From NCBI GenBank assembly GCA_963662945.1, contig OY759974.1, positions 544,001-608,000 of the forward strand: a stretch of DNA of 64,000 bases, read 5' to 3'. Within the stretch, counting starts at the first letter, position 1, and every line of letters begins with the position of its first letter. Shown in pieces: positions 52,083-61,600 of this stretch. A program made the position numbers and the translations under genes. This DNA is from Arcobacteraceae bacterium (GTDB lineage Bacteria > Campylobacterota > Campylobacteria > Campylobacterales > Arcobacteraceae). The notes below the pieces were generated by a model. That model ran no database searches. It was not told where the DNA came from and was given only the letters and a program-made list of their open reading frames with translations.

Positions 52083-52602
52083 GTTTCATCTTTTTTAATA
52101 TCTCATAAGTTTTACTTACATCATAAGTTGCACTATGATATGAATATGGATCAAAATCTATACCATAGTAGATACAAGTTTCATCTAGTTTTGGATTTTT
52201 AATATTGCCATTTTTATTCAAAGCTTTTACTATCTGTTTATTTTCTTTCATAGTACAAAAGTGTTTTTCAAACTTTACAAGCTTTTCTATATGTCGTAAC
52301 TCAAAGCTGATATTATGAGCAACCAAAGTCGTACAACCTTGACAAAAGGATACAAAATCTTCATCCTCTTTAAAATATGATGCATATTTTATCTCTTGTT
52401 TATTTCTATGTTCAAGAATAAGTTCTGGGGTTAATCTATGAACTGCGTAAGAGTAAGGGTTTACACTGTGTCTTGAGAGATAATATCTATGAAACTTATC
52501 TTTTACTATTATTTCATTATCTACAATTTCAACTTTTACAGCTGCTGCTTCTATCACATCATACTGGTGTGTTGTATTTGTTTCAAAATCTAATATTATC
52601 AT
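52063..52602 (-). CDS. DEDDh 3'-5' exonuclease (DnaQ-like)
   Basis: LDFET, LVAHNISFE, CTM, HSATYD. Confidence 0.85.
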   Translation of the reverse strand: MIILDFETNTTHQYDVIEAAAVKVEIVDNEIIVKDKFHRYYLSRHSVNPYSYAVHRLTPELILEHRNKQEIKYASYFKEDEDFVSFCQGCTTLVAHNISFELRHIEKLVKFEKHFCTMKENKQIVKALNKNGNIKNPKLDETCIYYGIDFDPYSYHSATYDVSKTYEILKKMKLDGNFK

Positions 52603-52613
52603 ATATTATCCCA

Positions 52614-54425
52614 CTATTTTATACTGTGAATTGTAGCGAAGTTCCCATTTGTTTTTACTAACCCTGATAATTTTTGTTGCTCCTGTTTAGTAATAATTTC
52701 ACTTTTTAAAAGTTCTCCTAAAATTGCTCCCGTTGTTCGTTCTAATTTTAAAGCTATTTGATCTATAGTATTTCCTTTTTTAAACATACTTTTGAGTTTT
52801 ATTTTATCTTCTAAACTCCATTTAAGTCCACTATTTTTAGCTTTTCCATCTTCTTGATTTTTTTGCTGTCGAAGGAGTTCTTTATCTTCTTGTTGCATTT
52901 TAGATGCACTAACTTTTTTCCCTGATTGTATCGCTTCTATATTTGCTTTTGCATCTTTGATTCTAGTGTCTATAAGTTTATCTACATTTTTAGCCATAAG
53001 ATAGTGAAAATTCTCACTATCTTTAACAAGTGCTTTTTTTGCTCTAGTAATAGCTACATAAAACAAATTAAATTCATCAAGAAGTTCTTGATTTGGTAGA
53101 AAGTTCTGCTCTTGCTTAAACTCCTCTAAACTATCACAACCAAAATCAACTATCAAATCTGCAAAATCTGTAAAGTCATCAGCTATCGTTACTCTGTCCC
53201 ACTCTAAACCTTTTGCAGTATGTGCTGTTGTTAAAAAGAGTATCTCTTGAAGCCTTTGTTCAAAGCCATTATTTGTTCTATTTTTCCAAGCATCATAAAA
53301 CTTTTTTGCTACCTCTTGAAATTCAAATATCTTTTCTTTATACTCTTTGGCAACTTTAAGTGCTGATTTTAGTTCAAAATCTTCAACCTCTTTTGCATAC
53401 TCTACAATATCTTCTTCACTACTAAAATCTTTTAAAAATCTATTTCGTACTATTTTTTCTTTTTGCTCATTAAGAAAATAATATACTTCAATAGTAAGAT
53501 TAAATATCTCATTTGGATCTCTTACTGTTACAAAAGGTTTTCTTTCATCTATTCGAGTAGAAATAGTAGCTATAAGTTGTGCATTTGTTCTTGAGATATA
53601 TCCACTTGTATTTATTGTTTTATCTCTATCTTTTGATGCTTCTATCTCTACATTTTCATTTTTAAATTTACCTAATAATTTATTGGCATACTGTGCTATA
53701 TCGTTATTAAATCTAAAACTGGAACTTAAATATAGTTTTTTATCACATTTAATTTTATCCAAGGCATTTTTACTTCCACGAAATGAGTAAATTTGTTGGT
53801 GTTTATCACCCACATATATTTTTGTTTTTGAACTTAAAGCTTCAAAGATACCTAATGTCACTTCATTTGTGTCTTGTGCTTCATCAAGCATAATAATATC
53901 GTAAGTGAATTGTGGGATTTGTTCAGAGGAAAGAAGAAGAAAATAGTACTTTAAATAAAAGCTATGAGTTGGTTTCATCTTTCCTAGTAGCATCAGGTCA
54001 AACATCTTTTGAGCACTTTTATGTTCTATATCATCTTTACCTATCTCTTGTTTTGTATTATTACAAAAATTTTCAAATATTTTTAAAGTACCTATTGCTT
54101 GATTATAAGTAATTCCAAACTCTTTTGATATATCAATTGCTCTATAATTTACAAGAGAATCCAAATTTACTTTAGTATATTTTTTTACTGCAACATAGGC
54201 TAAACCATGGGTTGTTTTTACACTTGTATTAGAAGGAAATATATTTGAGGCTTCATTTTTAATAGCACTGTTAAAAGCAAGATAAAGTATTTTTTTATTA
54301 TGATATTCTTGTGCTATAAGTTTTAAAGTGGTTGTTTTACCAGTACCTGCAAAAGCATTTATTTTTATATTTCTATACTGTTTTATAGATTCTAAAATCT
54401 CTTTTTGTTGTTGAGTTATTTTCAT
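52614..54425 (-). CDS. UvrD-like superfamily 1 helicase
   Basis: AFAGTGKTT, YLAFN, DEAQD, VGD.HQQIY.FRG, TAHTAKGLEW, YVAITRAK. Confidence 0.9.
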   Translation of the reverse strand: MKITQQQKEILESIKQYRNIKINAFAGTGKTTTLKLIAQEYHNKKILYLAFNSAIKNEASNIFPSNTSVKTTHGLAYVAVKKYTKVNLDSLVNYRAIDISKEFGITYNQAIGTLKIFENFCNNTKQEIGKDDIEHKSAQKMFDLMLLGKMKPTHSFYLKYYFLLLSSEQIPQFTYDIIMLDEAQDTNEVTLGIFEALSSKTKIYVGDKHQQIYSFRGSKNALDKIKCDKKLYLSSSFRFNNDIAQYANKLLGKFKNENVEIEASKDRDKTINTSGYISRTNAQLIATISTRIDERKPFVTVRDPNEIFNLTIEVYYFLNEQKEKIVRNRFLKDFSSEEDIVEYAKEVEDFELKSALKVAKEYKEKIFEFQEVAKKFYDAWKNRTNNGFEQRLQEILFLTTAHTAKGLEWDRVTIADDFTDFADLIVDFGCDSLEEFKQEQNFLPNQELLDEFNLFYVAITRAKKALVKDSENFHYLMAKNVDKLIDTRIKDAKANIEAIQSGKKVSASKMQQEDKELLRQQKNQEDGKAKNSGLKWSLEDKIKLKSMFKKGNTIDQIALKLERTTGAILGELLKSEIITKQEQQKLSGLVKTNGNFATIHSIK

Positions 54426-54480
54426 AAAGAAATTGTAACAGAATTTTTACAAGAGATAAAAAAATATTGCATTATGCAAT

Positions 54481-55059
54481 TTAAACAAAATTCTCTATTT
54501 GTAAAATCTCTTTAATAAAGATTTCAAAATCAGCTTTACAACTTCCAGCAAAACTGTTTTCTAAAAATTTATTTATCCCTTTATTTCTATGTTGTACTAT
54601 TGGAACTATTTTTATCCCTGTAATTTCAGACATAAAATGTGACTCATCTGCTTCTTCATACGCATGATTTAAAATTGATCTTGAAAAGTTATTTAAGATA
54701 TGATAATAGATATGTAAAAACTCGAGTTCATTTACCTTTAAAGCATAAAGATGTGTTACAAATTTTTCATCTTCATGGGAAACTACCCCTTGTACTTTTT
54801 CAGGTCGTACGCGAATACCAACTTCTTCTTTGATTTCCCGTACTAATGCATCTAAAAGAGGTTCCCCCTCTTCTAATGTTCCACCTGGAAAACCAATCCG
54901 TCCATCCCATCTATCAATCATAATAACAGCAGGGCAACGCGTGTGTTTTATATCGTCATTGAAGTATTTCCAAGGGGCTATCTCATCTGTATAAATTGAT
55001 AAGAAAACTGCATTTTTTTTATGATGATTAATCTCTCCAAAAGGGATTCGATTACTCAA
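54481..55059 (-). CDS. Nudix hydrolase, NUDT16-like
   Basis: RWDGRIGFPGG, REIKEEVG, FLENSFAGS; probable TTG start at 55059 overlapping the alr stop. Confidence 0.85.
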   Translation of the reverse strand: MSNRIPFGEINHHKKNAVFLSIYTDEIAPWKYFNDDIKHTRCPAVIMIDRWDGRIGFPGGTLEEGEPLLDALVREIKEEVGIRVRPEKVQGVVSHEDEKFVTHLYALKVNELEFLHIYYHILNNFSRSILNHAYEEADESHFMSEITGIKIVPIVQHRNKGINKFLENSFAGSCKADFEIFIKEILQIENFV

Positions 55060-56062
55060 TAATAACCCTTTTAATAGATGGTTTAAGGTTTGTAAGTATT
55101 TCATAGGTGATTGTGTTATGAACTTGCGCTAAATTTTTTGCATTATCAAAAACACATACTTGATTTTCTACTGATTCTACAAAAAAACTATCCATAGAAA
55201 CACGACCTAATATCTCTAATCCATTTGCTATTTTTCGAGACTTTTGTGTATTAGCACGACTTAAACCATCACCATAACCAATATCATAATTTGATACAAT
55301 CATATCACAAGGTGCAATAAAAGCATCGCTTCCATACCCTATATGGTCACCTTGTACAATCTCTTTTGTTGCGATTTTTTGTGCATAAAGAGAGAGAACT
55401 GGTTGTAGCTCTTTTTCTTCTTCAGTATCAAGGTAACCATAAATACCAATTCCTACTCTTGCCATGTCATATTGAGTCATATCTACTTTAAAAACACCTG
55501 TACTATTTGCACAATGTACTCTAAAGTTATAATCTATATATTTTTGTGTCTCTTTGATAGCTAATTGAAAATTTTCTTCTTGTTCTTTAGTAATACTATT
55601 TTCTTCATCTGAACAGCAAAAATGTGTAAAAATACCATTTAAAATAAGATGTTTGTTTTGTATCATTTCACAAGCTTTTTGTATCTCATTGATATAAATA
55701 CCATTTCGATTCATTCCTGTATCAATTTTTAATTCAACTTTACTACCGTTTGGAATTTGTTCTAAAAAAGCAAGTGAGTTTATAGATATTATGATACTTT
55801 GATCTTGTTTTGTGGTTGGAATATCATAAAGAACTAAAATTGACTCAAAATTAAATTTCAAAGCGATATGTGCTTCAGTCAAATCCCTTACAAATACATG
55901 TTTTATCCCATATTTACTTGCCATTGAAGCAACTTTTTCTGTTCCATGTCCGTAAGCATTGTCTTTTAAAGCTATAGCTAATTTGTTTTTAGAACCACAA
56001 GCTTTAGAAAAGAAATCTAAATTATGAAAAAAAGCTTTTTGATTTAGTTGAATATATCCCAT
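55052..56062 (-). CDS. alr: Alanine racemase
   Basis: LKDNAYGHG, KIDTGMNRNG, GYGDG, GRVSMD, TITYE. Confidence 0.93.
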   Translation of the reverse strand: MGYIQLNQKAFFHNLDFFSKACGSKNKLAIALKDNAYGHGTEKVASMASKYGIKHVFVRDLTEAHIALKFNFESILVLYDIPTTKQDQSIIISINSLAFLEQIPNGSKVELKIDTGMNRNGIYINEIQKACEMIQNKHLILNGIFTHFCCSDEENSITKEQEENFQLAIKETQKYIDYNFRVHCANSTGVFKVDMTQYDMARVGIGIYGYLDTEEEKELQPVLSLYAQKIATKEIVQGDHIGYGSDAFIAPCDMIVSNYDIGYGDGLSRANTQKSRKIANGLEILGRVSMDSFFVESVENQVCVFDNAKNLAQVHNTITYEILTNLKPSIKRVIIE

Positions 56063-56063
56063 T

Positions 56064-56918
56064 TTATTTTTGTAAAAATTGTGTACCTATACCATCACTT
56101 GTAAATAGTTCAAGTAAAATACTATGTTCAACTCTTCCATCTATAATATGAGCTTTATGTACGCCATTATAAATTGCTTCAATACAACTATCAACTTTTG
56201 GTATCATTCCACCAGCAATTGTTCCATCATCTTTGTATCGTTGTACATCTTCTTTGTCAAGTGAATTTAAAAGCTCTTTATTTTTATCTAAAACACCAAC
56301 AGTATCTGTTAAAAATAATACTTTATTTGCTTTTAGTGCTATAGCTATTTGAGCTGCTGCAATATCTGCATTGATATTAAATCCCGGATGATTTGGACTC
56401 TCACTGTTTGCAATAGGAGCAATAACAGGAACAAATCCCTCTTTAATCAAATCTTCAATCATCTGAGCATTGATAGAAGTAACTTCACCTGTATAACCAA
56501 ATTTTCCACCATCTTTTGGTTGAGCTTCAATACAATTACTATCTTTTCCACTAATACCAATAGCTTTTGTTCCATGATAATTTAAAAGTGAAGTGATATT
56601 TTTATTGATTTCACCACTTAAAACCATTTCAACAATTCTCATACTCTCTTCACAAGTTACTCTATGCCCATCAACAAATGTAGATGGAATCTGTAGTTTG
56701 TTTAACATATCAGATATTTTAGCACCACCACCGTGTACAATAACAGGTTTTATACCAACAAGTTGTAAAAGTGTAATATCTCTAGCAAATTTTTCTTGTA
56801 ACTCTGGACTTGTTTGTGCACTTCCACCATACTTTATAACAATTGTTTTATTTCTGAACTCTTTGATATAAGGAAGGGCATCAAGAAGTGTTTTGATTTT
56901 TTCTTGTTTTAATTTCAT
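56064..56918 (-). CDS. argB: Acetylglutamate kinase
   Basis: VIKYGG, VHGGG, NINAD, GGMIPKV, ELFT..GIGT. Confidence 0.95.
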   Translation of the reverse strand: MKLKQEKIKTLLDALPYIKEFRNKTIVIKYGGSAQTSPELQEKFARDITLLQLVGIKPVIVHGGGAKISDMLNKLQIPSTFVDGHRVTCEESMRIVEMVLSGEINKNITSLLNYHGTKAIGISGKDSNCIEAQPKDGGKFGYTGEVTSINAQMIEDLIKEGFVPVIAPIANSESPNHPGFNINADIAAAQIAIALKANKVLFLTDTVGVLDKNKELLNSLDKEDVQRYKDDGTIAGGMIPKVDSCIEAIYNGVHKAHIIDGRVEHSILLELFTSDGIGTQFLQK

Positions 56919-57286
56919 ATATGTTGTCTTTTTAGTTTATTTTTATTCTTTAAAAATATATATTTATCAGGATCAAGACTATCAAGAAAATCTATAATAT
57001 TTCTATCTTTCATTTTAATAGCATACATATAAGTTTCACTACTTACATGTGCACCATTATTTACTAAAAATTCTACAGCTTCTAAATGTCTATCTTTAAT
57101 AGCATAATCCAACGCTGTCATATTAAGAGCATCTTTATCATTTATTCTAGCGGCATAACTCAATAATAATCCCATAGAAATAGTATCATTATTTCTAGCA
57201 AAATGCATCAAAAGGGTAAAACCATTTGCATCAGATGTATTTGCATCTGCCCCATTTCGTAATAAATTAAATAAATCCTCTTTCAT
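56915..57286 (-). CDS. Ankyrin-repeat protein
   Basis: GADAN..D.NG.T.LM, TALDYA, FLVNNGA. Confidence 0.85.
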   Translation of the reverse strand: MKEDLFNLLRNGADANTSDANGFTLLMHFARNNDTISMGLLLSYAARINDKDALNMTALDYAIKDRHLEAVEFLVNNGAHVSSETYMYAIKMKDRNIIDFLDSLDPDKYIFLKNKNKLKRQHI

Positions 57287-57294
57287 GACATCTA

Positions 57295-58659
57295 CTAACT
57301 CTTAAAACTATTTATAATAAATTTTGCAGCTACTTTACCATCAGCTGCTGCAGTAACAGCTAAATCTGCACCTCTTACACTATCTCCACCAGCATAAATC
57401 TTAGGATTAGATGTTTGGTATTTTTCATTTACTTTTAATCCATTCCATTTATCTAATTCTAAACCACTCTCTTTGATAAAAGTAGGTAACTCTTGATCAA
57501 ATCCAAGTGCAAGTATAATTATATCAGCTTCTTCTAAATATTCACTATTTTCTATAATTTGAACACTTTGTCTTCCTGAACCATCTGGCTCACTCATTTT
57601 AGTTTCTAAAACAAGTACACCCTCTTTTACAATAGCTTTTGGAGAAACATTAAATACAAATTCAACACCCTCTTCTTTTGAGTTAACAACCTCTTTTTTA
57701 CTTCCAGGCATATTTGCTTCATCTCTTCTATAAAGACATTTTACAGATGATGCACCTTCTCTTATAGATGTTCTTACACAGTCCATAGCAGTATCTCCAC
57801 CACCTATTACAACTACGTTTTTATCTTTAACATCTATAAATAATGGATTTTCTTCTTCAAAATTTCTTTTTTGAATTCCTGTTAAAAACTCCATTGCCAA
57901 ATAAACATTTTCGTTGTTCTCACCATCAATATTTGGTAATTTCCCTTTTGTTGCACCAATTCCTAAAAATACTGCATCATAAGATTTTTCTAATTCTTCA
58001 AATGATTTATCTTTACCAATTTCACAATTTGTATAAAGATTCATACCAGCCTCTACAAGCCAATCAATTCTTCTTTGTACTCTAAATTTATCAAGTTTAA
58101 ATCCTGGTATTCCGTATGTTAAAAGTCCACCTGCTCGACTAGCTCTTTCATACATATCTACATCAACACCTGCTCTTAAAAGAAAAGTTGCCACACTAAT
58201 ACCAGCTGGTCCACTTCCTACAACTGCAACTTTTTTTCCTATTTTATGTGTAGCAAATTTTGGTTTTAATCCTTGTTCAAATCCAGTTTCACTAATATGT
58301 GTTTCAACTGCTCCAATAGTAATAGCTCCATGAGTATCATTTAAAGTACAATCTCCCTCACATAATACATCTTGAGGACATATTCTTCCTAAAATTTCAG
58401 GAAAAGGTGAAGTTTCATTTGAAATATTAAAAGCTAATTCAATATCATTTTGTGCTGTTTGTTTTAACCATGCAGGAATTATGTTATGCAATGGACATTT
58501 ATTATGACAATATGGGTCACCACATCCTATACATCTATCAGCTTGCTCTTGTGCTTTATTTTTATCGAACACATTATACACTTCACTGAAGTCTTTAATT
58601 CTCTCCATAACCCCTCTTTTTGAAGGGTTATTTCTATCTACTTTTGTAAAATTTAACAT
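57295..58659 (-). CDS. gltD: Glutamate synthase small subunit
   Basis: RCIGCGDPYC, GRICPQ..LCEG.C, GSGPAG, GGGDTAMDC. Confidence 0.95.
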   Translation of the reverse strand: MLNFTKVDRNNPSKRGVMERIKDFSEVYNVFDKNKAQEQADRCIGCGDPYCHNKCPLHNIIPAWLKQTAQNDIELAFNISNETSPFPEILGRICPQDVLCEGDCTLNDTHGAITIGAVETHISETGFEQGLKPKFATHKIGKKVAVVGSGPAGISVATFLLRAGVDVDMYERASRAGGLLTYGIPGFKLDKFRVQRRIDWLVEAGMNLYTNCEIGKDKSFEELEKSYDAVFLGIGATKGKLPNIDGENNENVYLAMEFLTGIQKRNFEEENPLFIDVKDKNVVVIGGGDTAMDCVRTSIREGASSVKCLYRRDEANMPGSKKEVVNSKEEGVEFVFNVSPKAIVKEGVLVLETKMSEPDGSGRQSVQIIENSEYLEEADIIILALGFDQELPTFIKESGLELDKWNGLKVNEKYQTSNPKIYAGGDSVRGADLAVTAAADGKVAAKFIINSFKS

Positions 58660-58663
58660 TCTA

Positions 58664-61600
58664 TTAATCTCCCTGCTCTGGGTTTAAAGGTAAAATTGTC
58701 ATATCTTTTGGTTTTACCATCCAGAAATTTCTAATCTCTGATCTAAAATCTTCTAATATCTCTTCTGCTTTTAAAGACTCTGTTTCTTTGAGATAATCTT
58801 TAAGTGTATTTTTTAAATAAATTCTTTCTAATTCTGTATCATCTGTATCAATTCTAAGAGCTTCAATTAACTCTTGATTCATTTTATCTGTAAACTCTCT
58901 ATGTGGATCGTAAATAAATGCTAATCCACCTGTCATACCTGCACCAAAGTTAATACCTGTTTGACCTAAAATCACAACAATACCACCTGTCATATATTCA
59001 CAAGGAGAATCTCCTGTTCCTTCAACAACAGCAATTGCTCCAGAATTTCGTACTGCAAATCGCTCTCCTACAGAAGCTCTTACATAAAGTTTTCCACCTG
59101 TTGCACCATAAAGACATGTATTTCCAGCACCTGCGTATTCACTTCCTTGTAGTGTTGGTTTAATAACAACTTTACCACCACTCATACCTTTTCCCACATA
59201 GTCATTTGCTATACCATCAAGATAGATTGAAACACCACGACTAAGGAATGTTCCAAAAGATTGTCCTGCAACACCTGTCAAATTATATGTAATAGTATCT
59301 TCAGGAAGTCCAGCATCTCCATATCTTTTTGCAATCTCACCTGATGTTAAAGTACCAAAACTTCTATTTAAGTTAGAAATTTGTGCATCTACTGTTACAG
59401 GAATACTTGGACTTTGAATTGTTGGTAAAACTTTTCTCAATAATTTATGAGAATCTTCATTTTGATCATAAGGCACATTCGAATTTACTTGACAAGTATC
59501 AACTCCATCAATTCTTCTTAATACATTTTGGAAATCAAATTTTTGTGAGAATTCATCATCAAGAACTTTTAATAAATCACTTCTACCAATAATTTGTTCT
59601 AATGATGTATATCCTAATGATGCTAATATTTCTCGAACATCTTGAGCTAAAAATTCAAAATAAGAAATAAGTCTTTCAACTGTACCACTAAATTTTTCTC
59701 TTAAATCTTCATCTTGAGTTGCAACACCAACACTACACTTGTTTGTATGACAAATTCTTAGTATTTTACAACCAAGAAGTGTAAGTACTGAAGTACCAAA
59801 TGCGTAACTCTCAGCTCCTAACATCGCTGCTTTTACTACATCAAGACCTGTTTTTAATCCACCATCTGTTTGAAGATGAACCATACCTCTTAAATGATTT
59901 GCTTTTAATGAATTATGCGCTTCACTAAGACCTAATTCCCAAGCATTTCCAGTATGTTTAATAGATGTTAATGGTGCTGCACCTGTTCCACCATCGGCAC
60001 CACTAATAATAATTTTATCAGCATATGCTTTTGCAACACCTGATGCAATTGTTCCAACACCAATTGAAGAAACAAGTTTAACAGCCACTTTTGCTTTTGG
60101 ATTGATTTGTTTTAAATCAAAAATCAACTGTGCTAAATCCTCAATAGAATAAATATCATGATGAGGAGGTGGTGAAATTAATGTAACACCTGGTGTTGTA
60201 TGTCTTAATGTTGCAATCATAGGAGTTACTTTAGATCCTGGTAACTGTCCACCCTCTCCTGGTTTTGCACCTTGTGCTAACTTAATTTGTAACTCTTCAC
60301 AGTTTACTAAGTATCCTGGTGTTACACCAAATCTTCCTGAAGCAACTTGTTTGATTTTAGAGTTTTTAAGTGTCCCAAATCTTGCAGGATCTTCTCCACC
60401 TTCACCTGAGTTACTTTGTGCACCGATAGTATTCATAGCAACAGCAATCGCTTCATGTGCTTCAACAGAGATAGAACCACAAGACATAGCAGCAGCTGCA
60501 AATCTTTTAAAAACTTCCTCTTTTGACTCAACTTCATCAATACTAATTGCCGCTTTATCACTATTAAATTCGAAGAAATCTCTAATAAATTTTTGACCTC
60601 TATTTTCTACTAAAGATTTTAGACCTTTGAAATCACTAATATCTTCTTTGTCTGTTGCATTTTTATTATGCATAGCATGTGTAATAGCTGGTGCATAATC
60701 ATGATATTCTCCACCATCAATATATTTATAAAATCCACCCATATTTAAAGGGAACATAGATTTATCATCAAAATATGCATCATAGTGTACAACTTCTATT
60801 CTTTTTTCAATATCTTCATATCCAAGACCAGCTAAATCGCTGTTTGCATGTTCAAAACAATCTTTTACAATTTGGTCACTTAATCCCATAATATCAAATA
60901 ATGAAGAGTTTCTATAACTTGCAATTGTAGCAATACCCATTTTTGACATAATTTTTAATAATCCAGCACCTATAGCTTTCATACTATTTTTTAATTTTTT
61001 TTGTAATTCATAATGAGAAATATTTTTTCTTTCATAATATGATACAATTGAAGCATACATCATATATGGATAGATTACAGATACACCAAATGCGATTAAT
61101 ACAGCTGCACTATGTGGATCATAAACTTCACTTGTAACTGCAACTATTGAAACTCTACTTCTTATTTTGTCATTTTGAAGTTGATGATTGATATATCCTA
61201 CTGCCATTGCCATAGGTATAACTTTAGAATCCTTTGATACATCTCTATCATCTAATATTACAATACTAATATTTTCATTAATTACCGCATCTTTTACATT
61301 TAAATAAAGATTTTTTAGTGATGTTTCTAAATCTGTTGTAAATGTTGTACTAAAATTTTTATTTTGAAAATCTTCATCATATAATGGATCTTTAGCATCT
61401 CCAAATCTTTTCATAACATCAAATTTTTCTTTCATTAAAATTGGACTTACCGCTTTTAATCTTTTTGAATTGTGTTCACTTTCTTCTAATACATTATATG
61501 CATGACCAAGTCCTGTATTTAAAGACATAACTATCTTTTCTCTATATGGATCAATTGGTGGGTTTGTAACTTGTGCAAACTTTTGTCTAAAGAAATCTGT

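Noticed and set aside
1110-60596. Numerous 60-136 aa ORFs overlapping longer genes (e.g. 1110-1421, 15822-16232, 21172-21510, 48615-48971)
   Set aside because: Antisense or alternate-frame shadows of well-supported genes with no recognisable motifs
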